This document shows positions 1 to 10,845 of a DNA stretch of 64,000 nucleotides, one piece after another. Both the position numbers and the translations under genes were made by a program. This stretch comes from Nitrososphaeraceae archaeon (GTDB taxonomy: Archaea > Thermoproteota > Nitrososphaeria > Nitrososphaerales > Nitrososphaeraceae): the NCBI GenBank assembly GCA_035250685.1, contig DATFEX010000054.1, positions 3,056 through 67,055 on the forward strand, given 5' to 3'. The notes beneath the pieces were generated by a model. The model was not told the origin of the DNA. It saw only the letters and a list, made by a program, of their open reading frames with translations, and searched no databases. Position 1 is the first letter of the stretch. The number at the start of each line of letters is the position of its first letter.

Positions 1-1
1 T

Positions 2-553
2 CATATTTATATTTCTTCAACGACCAAAACTAATTTGGATTCGACATTCAAACTCACTTATGTTGCGAATAAAAATATACCTAATATTGGCAAGCATGAT
101 GTATTTGAAGTAATTAGTGAATTCGATAATAAGCCAGGTGAACAATCTGAGACTGGAAATGGGCAAATTACTAATTGGACATTGCCGAAAAAAATAGCAA
201 TTAATGAACCAACTGCAATATACGTTGCTTTTTTTGGCAGCGTCAATCTAGGCTATTTGAGCCTTAGAATTAGAGATAGCTCAGATAAGGATTACTGGTT
301 TGCCGACCCAAGGAGTATCTCGCCAATGCAGGATAAAGGAATATTATCATTTAGGAATCAAGTATATACTAATAATTGGTCTTTCATTCCGGATTCTAAA
401 ATCAAACCAGGTGAAGGAGTTGCTGAAATTGATATGTATGAAGTAAAGGATGAAAAAGGTAACGATGGAACGAATATCAGACTTCGTCCACAAATAGCAT
501 CGAAACATCAAAAAATTATTTTATACAAAGACATAAATGCAAATGTAAACTAA
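2..553 (+). CDS. Hypothetical protein, C-terminal part (frame open to the left window edge)
   Basis: ORF track 35..553; no in-frame stop from position 2, so the gene probably starts before the window. No family recognised. Confidence 0.6.
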   Translation, partial: HIYISSTTKTNLDSTFKLTYVANKNIPNIGKHDVFEVISEFDNKPGEQSETGNGQITNWTLPKKIAINEPTAIYVAFFGSVNLGYLSLRIRDSSDKDYWFADPRSISPMQDKGILSFRNQVYTNNWSFIPDSKIKPGEGVAEIDMYEVKDEKGNDGTNIRLRPQIASKHQKIILYKDINANVN

Positions 554-763
554 AATGAAAAACTATAGTTGTTTATATTTTCTTAATATAGAAGATAATA
601 CTTTCGTTAAGATAGTGACGAGTGAACATACAGATTTTGATAAAATGAACCCTCTTAGTAGATGGGACCAAGCAGATATGAATCCAAAAACAGACATTTT
701 GTTTGCGTGTACGTAAATGCAATTGAATTGCTTTGAGATAAATCTGTAAGGGCTGAATTGTCT

Positions 764-1211
764 TCATTTAATAACTAATACAGGGCAATCCGAATATGTT
801 ACTACTCCGCTTGCGACACTACCTACCAAGAGCTTTTTAAATCCGGTGATTCCTCTACTTCCGATAACAATCAAGTTAACCTTGTTAAATTTTGCATAGT
901 CGACAATTCCTTTCGTGATTGATGCAACACCATTAATAACATCCGTCTTGACATTTACATTTTTCTCGACTGCGTTCTCCTTGACAATATCTACAATTTT
1001 TTCACCTACTTCGATCACTTTTATTGTTAATTCTTTAAGTCTTCCTGGTCTCGGTGAAAGTGCGTTCTCAATTTCCTTGTATCGCGGATCGATAATGTAC
1101 AAGACAATCAATTCTGCCTCAAATCTCTCGGCCAAGTCAATAGCATATTGCGGCAGCTCTCGAGGATGGGTTAGACCCATCTACTGGTACCAGTATTTTT
1201 TTTATTGACAT
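764..1211 (-). pseudogene. Universal stress protein (UspA family), +1 frameshift near 1150
   Basis: ATG at 1211 reads MSIKKILVPVDGSNPSSRAA, then stops in that frame; QYAIDLAERFEA...GSRG...GSVASGVVTYSDCPVLVIK continues in another frame. 448 nt = 149 codons + 1 nt. Confidence 0.8.
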
Positions 1212-1813
1212 TAAGGATTCATCATCGTTAATATTTTATTAATTTTTCTTCTTACTCTGAATCACAATATTTCAAATATATAGATTGTTACTACATGTTT
1301 CTATTCGGGATACAAATACGGTCTTATATTTGGAATGACTAGATTAGTGTATATTCAGATCTGTTTCTCGGAGTAATCTGTCTTATGTTAATCCTATTTA
1401 TACACTCTAATTCAGTTTACTTCTAGGTTTCACTTTTATTACTCTAGTATCGCTTATTTTATTAAATATTCTCTGTCTTTTGCCACTTGGTAAAAATCTT
1501 ACCCAGAATTACATCTATGGAAAGTAAGAATAATTTTCCAAGGCTTTCTAGTAAAGTATTTTTGAAAGCAATATCATTTAACGTTTATGAACTTTATTTT
1601 CAAGGAACTCTTCACAATTCATTTTCCGATTGTTTGCTCACAATAAGTCCAATATTTGAATTAAATACTGCCAGATAAAACATAGTGAGTTCCAAAGCTC
1701 CTGTGCTGTTACTTTAGGGGTATACATACGTAATCCTGAAATATGGGTCACGTGTTGCATATACTTTGTAGTTATGAGCTGGAATAATTTCCAAGAAGGG
1801 GTTAATCCGAGTA

Positions 1814-2527
1814 ATGAATGACGATGAGAGTGATAAGGTAATATCTATAATGACTACTTCTCCACTAGAAACTGCTAGCCTTTCTGACAGTATTGATACT
1901 ATTATAAGGACTATGACACTGAAAAATAAGAGTTCGATAGTTATTTTAGATGAACTTGAACATCCCGAAGGAATTATCACCGAAAGAGATATCGTAAGAA
2001 GGCTAGTTTTCAAGTCTAAGGATGCGAAACTTACCACTGCCTCAGAAATTATGTCTTCTCCTTTGATCTCGCTAAATGACGACGCCTATATTTACGATGC
2101 AGCATTAGTCATGTCCAAGTACTCAATTCGACGCCTTCCTATAATGAAAGACAATGTGTTGTTGGGAATAGTGACAGCAACGGACCTAGCGCGCAGACTG
2201 TACGAGGAAAACAGTAATGATCCACGTTTGCACGTAATTTCGCGAGCTAGTTCAGATAGAGATAAGAAGTTTCTAATTTGGAATTTCATGAAAGAACTGT
2301 TCGATAAGTATGTCCAAACAACAAGAAATAGTTCTTCAACAATATTTAAGATAAGCGATTTCAAATCAACCAAATTGCCAATCATATTACTCGGCGAAAA
2401 GAACGTATTTGATACACTTAGAGAATACGAAAAAGCCCGCGGATATATTAGCATACAAAATGATACCGTCACGCTGACATCAAAGGGCCTGCTTAAGGCC
2501 AGAGAAACCCGGAAGGATTGGGATTGA
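1814..2527 (+). CDS. CBS-domain pair protein with C-terminal extension (possibly winged-helix)
   Basis: GIITERDIV, IMSSPLISL, IRRLPIM, GIVTATDL CBS motifs; about 90 extra C-terminal residues ending VTLTSKGLLKARE. Confidence 0.8.
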   Translation: MNDDESDKVISIMTTSPLETASLSDSIDTIIRTMTLKNKSSIVILDELEHPEGIITERDIVRRLVFKSKDAKLTTASEIMSSPLISLNDDAYIYDAALVMSKYSIRRLPIMKDNVLLGIVTATDLARRLYEENSNDPRLHVISRASSDRDKKFLIWNFMKELFDKYVQTTRNSSSTIFKISDFKSTKLPIILLGEKNVFDTLREYEKARGYISIQNDTVTLTSKGLLKARETRKDWD

Positions 2528-2588
2528 AGTTAATCTTTAAGGGAAGAAGGGATGAAGACTTAAGTATGTAATTTATTTTAAAACCTGT

Positions 2589-2771
2589 ATGTATACAATT
2601 TCGTGTAGAGATGTTGGAAGGGATTGTGACTGTGTTGTTCAAGGCGAAACAGAAGAAGAGATTATGAAGAACGCAGCAGAACATGCCGTCAAAGACCATG
2701 GTTACAAAGAAGAAGAAATAATGAGTCCTGAAATGAAGGAGAAAATTAGATCATATATGCACAAATCCTAG
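2589..2771 (+). CDS. DUF1059-family small protein
   Basis: ISCRDVGRDCDCVVQGETEEEIMKNAAEHAVKDHG matches the DUF1059 pattern (Cys/His metal ligands). Confidence 0.8.
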   Translation: MYTISCRDVGRDCDCVVQGETEEEIMKNAAEHAVKDHGYKEEEIMSPEMKEKIRSYMHKS

Positions 2772-2957
2772 TTATCATGATTATTAGGATGAATAAATTT
2801 CGAAAAAGTTAATTCTACCTTGTATGTTTTGCCAGATCAACTGCAAAAGGGTTAGCATATAAGGACTATTTGGAACATCCAAGTGAAACTTATTTTCTCA
2901 AAGTAGATTTGTATTGCATTTGAAATGATGAATAGACAAAATTGACACTATCGTCAA

Positions 2958-3789
2958 TTATCTGTTCATATTATAATAGATTTTTTTGCCTTTGCTATCA
3001 TAGAACGTGTATTGAAATTCTTTTGCAAATTCACCAAAATTCAATTCTATGAATCCATAGTCTTCGTCATTACACCATGCATTTATGTCCGTTGAACATT
3101 CACGATGAGACGCCCCACCTGCACCGCTTATAAACACGTTAGAATCCATGGGACCCATAGCATAAGCCATAATATGGATGTGTCCAGATACAAAGGATAT
3201 CGGTATCCCAACAGGGACAATTTCCAGCAGCTCCCTGCAGAAATCTAATACGTCGTCCGAGTCAGCTTTAATTGCGGATGGTTCATGCGTCACTATCAAT
3301 ATATTCGAAACGTCATGGGCTAACTCTTCATTGTTAAGTATTTTTCTTGCTTCTTCAAGTTGTTCTATTAGGTTGCCATATATTAAATCCTAAAAAGAGA
3401 ACATCATGTTCTTTCAGAAACCAATTATCGCCGCACAATTCTCTTGCTTCTGCCTCGAGTCGTTTACTACCATCGACTGAGGAATCATGGTTTCCTAAAA
3501 CACATTTAAGATTGTGGGAAAATTCAGTTCCATAGGTACTCTTAAACCATGATAAACCCTTGTCATGAGTCATATCTCCCAATCCTATAAAACGACTAGG
3601 TTGCCTCTCTTTGATCGTCTTAAAAACTGAGTCACTATTATCATTACCAGAAAAATCTCCGGCCATGATAACTGTGTATCCATATATACTGTGTAGCGAG
3701 ACCAGACTTACTAAGAAAAGAGATGAAAGGACAAACAATCCCAGTGCAATAAATTTAGTGCTTTGTATTGCTATCATCCCCATATCCAT
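2958..3789 (-). pseudogene. Secreted calcineurin-like metallophosphoesterase, frameshifted near 3380
   Basis: Motifs AGD, GLGD and GNHD in 3355..3789; THE and SGHIH in 2958..3299. The second frame is open back through YGNLIEQLEEARKIL to about 3380, so a single-base indel joins the two ORFs. Confidence 0.8.
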
Positions 3790-4059
3790 AACGGACCTTG
3801 AATCCCTGCTTCTCTTAAAAAGTTATAATATGAAGTAAGATATTGCATCTTATTGGACAGTGAAAAAGAAAATTGCAACATATGTAAACACTCAAGGCAA
3901 GATCACATTTTTGATGACAAGCAAGATTACGGATATTGTTTACGGTGCACCTGCAATCGGTATGAAGAAAAATGAATATTTGCTTCGTTTTTTAACATTC
4001 GATTGTTAGGTTCACACAAATTATTGTTCTAAAGTCAAACCAATGGACAAACAAACAAC

Positions 4060-4485
4060 TTATCTTATTATCATAACAGCGCAGGAGGAATGATGTAGAA
4101 CCTTGCTTGATACACTGCCTAGAACTAGTTCCTTAAATTTTCCAATTCCCCGACTTCCCATAACTATTGCGTCATATTTGCCTTTTTCACAGAATTCGAG
4201 TATTGATGAGCTGGCATTTCCTTGAAGGAGTTTCGTATTTATAGATAATCCTTTTCTTGTAGCTATTTCAGAACACCTAGACAAAATGAGCTGGCTTTCT
4301 TTCTTGAAATCATCAACAAGTTTTCTTAGCAATTTTTCAGACTCGATATGCAATACGGGAATGTCTTCCATAACATGAATTGCGGTCACCTCCGAACCTA
4401 TCTTTTCCGAGAGTATTAATGCCCCATCCAATGCTCGCATTGAATTATCGGAACCATCAACAGGTACCAGAATTTTTGAGAACAA
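4060..4485 (-). CDS. Universal stress protein (UspA family)
   Basis: KILVPVDGS...VMGSRGIGKFKELVLGSVSSKVLHHSSCAVMIIR. Confidence 0.93.
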   Translation of the reverse strand: MFSKILVPVDGSDNSMRALDGALILSEKIGSEVTAIHVMEDIPVLHIESEKLLRKLVDDFKKESQLILSRCSEIATRKGLSINTKLLQGNASSSILEFCEKGKYDAIVMGSRGIGKFKELVLGSVSSKVLHHSSCAVMIIR

Positions 4486-4583
4486 CGAGTATTTTTAATT
4501 AATAGATACATATTATATACTTTATACCGACATTGTCATTAAAATTCTAAATACCTGTCGCCGTATAGTAAATAGCTCTTCAA

Positions 4584-5930
4584 TTGTCTGGAAAAGAACA
4601 GGATAATTCGGATTCAGAGTCAAATATCCCATCTAGTAAATTGAGTCTCAAATTTTCACAAATTATGAGAGCTTTGGGTCCGGGTCTAATTACTGGAGCG
4701 GCTGATGATGATCCTTCGGGTATAGCGACTTACTCCCAGGCCGGTGCAAAATTTGGTCTTGGTATGTTATGGACGACCGTTTTTTTGTTACCCACTATGA
4801 TTGTAATACAGGAGATGTGTGCACGTATTGGTCTGCTTAGTGGTAATGGACTTGCTGCTTTGATAAAGAAGAAATATTCAGCAAAAGCAGTTTATCCTAT
4901 ATCGAGCCTTCTTGTAATTGCAAATACGATTAATATTGGCGCTGATCTTGGAGCAATGTCGGCATCGGTTAATATTATATTCCCTGAGGTGCCATTTTTG
5001 GTAACAACAATATTATTTTCTGTGTTCATAATAGTAGCGGAGATTTTCATTCCATATGACAAATATGTCAGGGTTCTAAAGTATCTAGTACTCTCCCTTT
5101 TTGCTTACGTCTTAACCGCAATAATAGTGGGCGGTAATATAGAGAAAATATTATTTACGATAATACCCTCGATAACTTTTAGCTCCGAGTACGCCATTAT
5201 GTTTGTGGCAGTGATTGGCACGACAATCTCGCCTTATCTTCTATTTTGGCAAACATCTGAAGAAGCAGAAGAAGACGTTGCAAAACATAAGATAAAAGAA
5301 ATTGGAGAAGGTAAACCGAAGGTATCTCCACGGGAAATAATGCTAATGAAAGAAGACATCGGTATAGGGATGTTTTTTTCCCAGTTTATTATGTGGAGTA
5401 TAATAATAACAAGTGCAGGAAGTCTTTATTTTGGTGGAATGACTGATATTCAAACAGCGGATCAAGCGGCAAGCTCCCTAGAACCGTTGGTCAAGAGTTT
5501 TCCCAATTCCGGACAAATTGCAAAGTTGATATTTGCTTTTGGTATCATTGGTACGGGATTACTTGCAATACCCGTTCTATCTGCATCCTCTGCTTTTGCT
5601 TTATCTGATACCTTTGGTTGGAAAGAAGGACTGGAGAAAAAATTTAGCCAAGCAAAAGCATTTTACTCCGTGATAGCAGTCTCAACTTTAATTGGAGTTT
5701 GGATCACCTTTTCACAAATTAATCCAATACAGGTCCTGATATTGGCGGCGGTAATCAATGCGGTTGTTACTATTCCTATTCTTTTTATTGTAATGAGACT
5801 TGCCAATGATAAAAAAATACTTAAAGATAAAATCAACACCCGCTTTTCAAATATAACTGGATGGTTTACTTTTTCGCTCATGACCATTTCAGTTATCGTT
5901 ATGTTTGTTTCATATTTTATTTGGTCATAG
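4584..5930 (+). CDS. NRAMP-family divalent metal (Mn/Fe) transporter, MntH-like
   Basis: GLITGAADDDPSGIATYSQAGA, GTTISPY motifs; about 11 hydrophobic segments. Confidence 0.9.
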   Translation: MSGKEQDNSDSESNIPSSKLSLKFSQIMRALGPGLITGAADDDPSGIATYSQAGAKFGLGMLWTTVFLLPTMIVIQEMCARIGLLSGNGLAALIKKKYSAKAVYPISSLLVIANTINIGADLGAMSASVNIIFPEVPFLVTTILFSVFIIVAEIFIPYDKYVRVLKYLVLSLFAYVLTAIIVGGNIEKILFTIIPSITFSSEYAIMFVAVIGTTISPYLLFWQTSEEAEEDVAKHKIKEIGEGKPKVSPREIMLMKEDIGIGMFFSQFIMWSIIITSAGSLYFGGMTDIQTADQAASSLEPLVKSFPNSGQIAKLIFAFGIIGTGLLAIPVLSASSAFALSDTFGWKEGLEKKFSQAKAFYSVIAVSTLIGVWITFSQINPIQVLILAAVINAVVTIPILFIVMRLANDKKILKDKINTRFSNITGWFTFSLMTISVIVMFVSYFIWS

Positions 5931-5951
5931 GGTTTCAGTTATAATACTAAA

Positions 5952-6407
5952 TTATTTAATAACAAGTACAGGACAATCTGCATATGTTACTACTCCGCTG
6001 GCTACACTGCCCAAGAGCATTTTCTTAATTCCTGAGAGACCCCTACTTCCAACAACTATCATGTTTATCTCGTTTTTATGAGCATATTCTATTATTTCCT
6101 TTACTACAGATGAGATACCGACAACTACATCAGTTTTTATTTTGATATTACTTTGTTTAGCCATTTGCCTTACAACATCCACATTCTTCTCACCCCTTTG
6201 CATAGATATCATTAGGATTTCTTTGAATGCCTTGGACATCTTCGGAGTTAAAGCATCTTCTGGGTAGTTGTACCTCGTATCCGGAGAGATAACATATAGA
6301 GCATTTAATTCTGCATCAAGTTTTTTTGCTATGTCTATAGCTTGAGCGCTGGCATGAATTGAAGCTTTAGAACCATCTACTGCCACAAGTATCTTGCTAA
6401 ATGTCAA
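5952..6407 (-). CDS. Universal stress protein (UspA family)
   Basis: KILVAVDGS...VGSRGLSGIKKMLLGSVASGVVTYADCPVLVIK. Confidence 0.93.
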   Translation of the reverse strand: MTFSKILVAVDGSKASIHASAQAIDIAKKLDAELNALYVISPDTRYNYPEDALTPKMSKAFKEILMISMQRGEKNVDVVRQMAKQSNIKIKTDVVVGISSVVKEIIEYAHKNEINMIVVGSRGLSGIKKMLLGSVASGVVTYADCPVLVIK

Positions 6408-6553
6408 TAATGTCGTTTGAGATTATTCTTATATAGGTATTTTGTAATTTAACGAAAGATTTACTTAAACAATTATTCAATTTGGACATATTCTAGCTTG
6501 AATTTACGTGCAAAAGAAATTAAGGTTCTTCCTACTACTAAAACTGGAGAGAT

Positions 6554-6976
6554 ATGTACAACGACATCAAAATAGCTAAAATAATGGTTGCTGTGGATGG
6601 ATCAGAAAATTCAAAGCGAGCAGGAGATTATGCCATTAAAATGGGTCTAGAGCTTCACGCTGAAGTCGCGGCACTACATGTTGTACCTGTTGGTAAACCA
6701 TTTCCGGAAGAGAATCTAGAAAAGGGAACTAAACATGATTATGCCTACCTTGACAAGATAGGAGAAGAATCCATTTCCGCCGGAGTTGACCTTGAAATAG
6801 AAATACTCAGGGCGGAATCCCCTGTTGTAAATGAAATAGTTGAATATGCGAACAAGAAAAATATAGATCTTATTGTCATCGGTATAAGAAGCGTTTCAGA
6901 ATTCCGTTTCATGCTTGGCAGCACTGCGACAGGAGTTGTAGAGACCGCTCGGTGTCCTGTATTAGTTGTTAAATAA
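6554..6976 (+). CDS. Universal stress protein (UspA family)
   Basis: KIMVAVDGS...MLGSTATGVVETARCPVLVVK. Confidence 0.92.
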   Translation: MYNDIKIAKIMVAVDGSENSKRAGDYAIKMGLELHAEVAALHVVPVGKPFPEENLEKGTKHDYAYLDKIGEESISAGVDLEIEILRAESPVVNEIVEYANKKNIDLIVIGIRSVSEFRFMLGSTATGVVETARCPVLVVK

Positions 6977-7381
6977 TATTAACTCTGGGAGAGCACTTCA
7001 TAAATTACTATTCAAGGGGAACGTGATAGTAAACACTAAAAGCTTTTTAGAAAAAACACAAGCTCCTTTTATTTTTAAACTTTAATTATGAATATTCCAT
7101 GAAGGAGTAAGTAAGTTGACTGCCTGCGGTCTACAAAGACGGTTATGACAGCAAATCAACGTTAACAGAACCTATATTCAATAATCAAATGTAGGTTTTG
7201 TGGCAAGGAAATCGTAAAAAATTATTACTATGTGTATTTATGATCTGTTCATCCATAATAGCTAAATCAAAATAAGTTTTCTCTGGGCAGGTAAACCTTT
7301 TCTAGCGATCGCCACTTAATAGTGAGATTTTAGCTGAGTAATTGTTATTACTTCATATATTACAGCGATTAAATAGTAATT

Positions 7382-8404
7382 GTGGTAACGAAGATTGCAA
7401 TAAATGGCTTTGGGAGAATAGGGAGATGTTTCTTGAGAGCCGCAATGGCAGACAAGGAATTTGGTAATATTGTGAAAATAACTGCTATAAACGATTTAAG
7501 CGATGCAAAGACACTTGCCCATCTGTTCAAATATGACTCAACGTTTGGCAAGTACGAAGGCATTGTTGAGGTCAAAGATGGTGAAATTATCGTGGATGGA
7601 CACCGATTGAAAGTTATTGCTGAAAAAGATCCTTTGAAACTACCATGGAAAGAATTGAAAATAGATATCGTTATCGAATCTACGGGTAAATTTAATGATG
7701 CGTCTGAAGCAGCAAAGCATTTGACTGCGGGTGCCAAAAAGGTAATAATTTCAGCTCCAGCAAAGGATCCAGATGCAACCGTCTTGATCGGAATCAATGA
7801 CTCATTATATGATAACACAAAACATAACATCATTTCCATGGCTTCTTGTACTACAAATTGCCTTGCTCCAGTTCTGAAGACAATTAATGATAAGTTTGGA
7901 ATAAAAAGCGGATACATGACAACATGCCACGCATATACTAACGATCAGCGAATTCTTGATCTGCCCCACAAAGATCTAAGAAGAGCTCGTGCCGCAATGA
8001 TGTCCATTATACCAACCAGCACTGGTGCTGCTAAGGCAATAGGAACAGTAATACCCGCTTTGAATGGAAAAATGGATGGAATGGCCCTGCGCGTTCCGGT
8101 TAGTAACGGCTCTATTGTTGACGTAGTATTAACATTACAAAAAGAAGTAACAAAAGAACAAGTAAATCAGGCCCTAAAAGATTCGTCAGATAGTGAACTA
8201 AAAGGGATCATGGCATATACTGAAGAACCGCTTGTATCATCGGATATTATCGGAGAATCGCATTCGTCCATAGTTGATGGTTTGAGCACTATGGTGCTTG
8301 GCTCAAAAGGAAATCTTGTTAAGATTTTATCATGGTACGATAATGAATGGAGTTTTGCCTGCAGACTTATCGATTTAGTAAAGTTTGTAATTAGAAAAAT
8401 GTAA
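7382..8404 (+). CDS. gap: Glyceraldehyde-3-phosphate dehydrogenase, class I
   Basis: IAINGFGRIGR, active site ASCTTNCLAP, STGAAKA, SWYDNEW. Confidence 0.97.
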   Translation: MVTKIAINGFGRIGRCFLRAAMADKEFGNIVKITAINDLSDAKTLAHLFKYDSTFGKYEGIVEVKDGEIIVDGHRLKVIAEKDPLKLPWKELKIDIVIESTGKFNDASEAAKHLTAGAKKVIISAPAKDPDATVLIGINDSLYDNTKHNIISMASCTTNCLAPVLKTINDKFGIKSGYMTTCHAYTNDQRILDLPHKDLRRARAAMMSIIPTSTGAAKAIGTVIPALNGKMDGMALRVPVSNGSIVDVVLTLQKEVTKEQVNQALKDSSDSELKGIMAYTEEPLVSSDIIGESHSSIVDGLSTMVLGSKGNLVKILSWYDNEWSFACRLIDLVKFVIRKM

Positions 8405-8415
8405 ATTTTTAGGAT

Positions 8416-10044
8416 TTATTTAACTTCGTTAGCTAAATCCATCTTACCCTCATTGAAAAGTCTTTCATCCATCTGCCTCGGAGAGGCGGCGATAAGTGGA
8501 CGAAACTCCATCTTGGACAGAATATCCCTGTCAATATCAACACCAGGTGAAACCTCTTCAAGTGTCAGTCCTTTTTGAGTTAATTTGAACACAGCCCTTT
8601 CTGTTACATATAGAATTTCTTTTTCGTATTTCAGAGCTTCATTCGCACTGAAAATAATCTTGTATACGTTATCCATGAATTTCGGATAACCATCACGAAC
8701 AATAGACAATCTGTTATTTACTATTTCAATTACTTTTGGTCCTGCGGTAAATGCTCCTGCGAAATAGGTTTTGGGAGCTCCACCAGCGATCACTGGAAAT
8801 CCGCCTGGACCAAAGATTTTATCAGATAATATAGAAGGATTAACGTTTCCATATTTATCAACTTGAAGAAAACCTAGGGATGCCACATCAATTATCCCAC
8901 CTTCGAAATTAGAGAACATGTCGGGAATGGTTGAAAGTGCAAAAGGGCTAATTGCCTGCCCAAAATCCGCTCCAGATAATGCAATACCGCCCCAAGGACC
9001 AGATTCAATTACAGTTATAATGAAATCCGTTAGATTCTCCTCTGCTGCAACCGATGATACTAAGGCCGGGATACCAATTCCCAAGTTTACAAGCACAGGA
9101 GAACCTTTAATTTTGAAGAGCTTTATTAGTTCGATAAGAATTCTTCTGGCTATGGCCCTTTCATATTTAGCAATTGGTTTGGTGTTGATTTCGGCTACTA
9201 ATTTTTCGGTTATAGGTGGTATAGTTCGGTAAGAGATGCGAGGATCATATTCTATGGATGCAGATTGCCAGTGATACTGTTGGGGGGAAATGATAACGTA
9301 ATCCACAAGAGGACCGGGGACATCAACATCTCGGGGATTAATAGTGAACGTCTTGGCTAGCCCTCTAGTTTGGGCAACAACAATACCTTGGTTTGGTCTG
9401 GCCTTTGTAGCTTGAGCAATAGCAAGTACGGTCCCCCTGATACCTTCATCCTCCATGGACAAGTTACCACTTTCATCTGCTGTTGTTGCTCTAATTAATG
9501 CATAATCAGGTTTGGGAGCTTGATAGAGCAAGTATTCCTGATTCTCGATGTTTAATATGTTAATTTTGCAGGACATCCTGCTGCTTGCCATTTCATTTAA
9601 GGCTCCACATTCTTTTCTCGGATCTAAGAATGTACCGATGCCTATTTTTGTTATCAACCCTGGTCGTCCTGATGCAACTTCTCTGAACCAGTAAGCTGTT
9701 ATCCCAATCGGCCAACCATAGAATTCTATCCTATCGTCAGTAACAAGCTTTTGGAGCCACGGTGAAAATCCCAGAAAGGGCATTAACATGCCTCGTAAAA
9801 ATTTCTGATTTTCGTCTTTGTATATTTTTTCTGCTATCGTGTCCAGGGCCCTGTTAGGTGCTGCAGGGAGTGCGTCTGATACTATGAAAATATTCTTTGG
9901 ATGACCAAAAACATTGTAATTTTTATATAATTCAAGTATCAGAAATTCTGGGGTAGTGGACAAGTTAAAACCGGAAATTGCAACAACACTATTGTCCTTA
10001 ATTTGTGAAAAAAGCGAGATAGATTTAGTAACCTTACTTATCAT
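8416..10044 (-). CDS. Family I acyl-CoA:acetate/3-ketoacid CoA-transferase, fused alpha-beta (Pct/YdiF-like)
   Basis: VNLGIGIP, catalytic IESGPWGG, LGFLQVDKYGNVN, GPGGFPVI, YVTERAVF. Confidence 0.9.
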   Translation of the reverse strand: MISKVTKSISLFSQIKDNSVVAISGFNLSTTPEFLILELYKNYNVFGHPKNIFIVSDALPAAPNRALDTIAEKIYKDENQKFLRGMLMPFLGFSPWLQKLVTDDRIEFYGWPIGITAYWFREVASGRPGLITKIGIGTFLDPRKECGALNEMASSRMSCKINILNIENQEYLLYQAPKPDYALIRATTADESGNLSMEDEGIRGTVLAIAQATKARPNQGIVVAQTRGLAKTFTINPRDVDVPGPLVDYVIISPQQYHWQSASIEYDPRISYRTIPPITEKLVAEINTKPIAKYERAIARRILIELIKLFKIKGSPVLVNLGIGIPALVSSVAAEENLTDFIITVIESGPWGGIALSGADFGQAISPFALSTIPDMFSNFEGGIIDVASLGFLQVDKYGNVNPSILSDKIFGPGGFPVIAGGAPKTYFAGAFTAGPKVIEIVNNRLSIVRDGYPKFMDNVYKIIFSANEALKYEKEILYVTERAVFKLTQKGLTLEEVSPGVDIDRDILSKMEFRPLIAASPRQMDERLFNEGKMDLANEVK

Positions 10045-10254
10045 GGATGGATCAGATTCGATAGTGTACGAACAAATATTTTAAGATCTGGGAATATAAT
10101 GGCAAATCTGGGTAATTGGATAGTACGGCGGAAATTCATTGTACCGTAAATAGTAATACCATATTCATATTATTTTAAAAACAAGAATTACTCGCTGCTC
10201 AATTCCAAGCTAAATCAATCAAAATAAATATCACAATTCGGAAGATAACATCAA

Positions 10255-10770
10255 ATGACTTCGGAAACGACATCTGTTTCAAGTCTAATGAAAAGGAAAG
10301 TGCAAACTGATTTCGAAGATCAAAATATTATGAGTGCGTGCAATCTAATGCAAGCGAATAATATTGGATGCGTAATAATTGTAACTCGAAATGCTAACGA
10401 AGTTCCTGTGGGAATAATTACTGAACGGGATATTGTAAGAATTTTAGGTAAACTAAATCCCGAACTACTACAGGCTCCGCTTAGAACACTCATGAGCAAG
10501 CCTGTAATTACAATAGAGGAATCTGCTTCGATAAAAGACGCCTGCAAACTCATGAACGTGAAGAAAATTCGTAGACTAGTCGGAGTAGACAAACAAAACA
10601 AGATGACTGGAATTTTGACCCAGAAGGATATTTTCGGTGCAATTTATAAAAATCCTGGTTTATTTTCAGAATTCTATGGCGATAACATCCCTTCTAATTT
10701 CAAAGCCATCTTTGAAAAATTCAATCAATATAGATTAGAGAATTTGATGCCAGAGTTCAAAGAGTACTAG
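10255..10770 (+). CDS. CBS-domain protein
   Basis: GIITERDIV, MSKPVITI, IRRLVGVD, GILTQKDI. Confidence 0.9.
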   Translation: MTSETTSVSSLMKRKVQTDFEDQNIMSACNLMQANNIGCVIIVTRNANEVPVGIITERDIVRILGKLNPELLQAPLRTLMSKPVITIEESASIKDACKLMNVKKIRRLVGVDKQNKMTGILTQKDIFGAIYKNPGLFSEFYGDNIPSNFKAIFEKFNQYRLENLMPEFKEY

Positions 10771-10845
10771 ACCTAGAATTCAATTGTTACGTGTAAACCC
10801 ATTCGGTATATCCATCTTATTCATTAGTTTGGATTTTGGCTCTGA

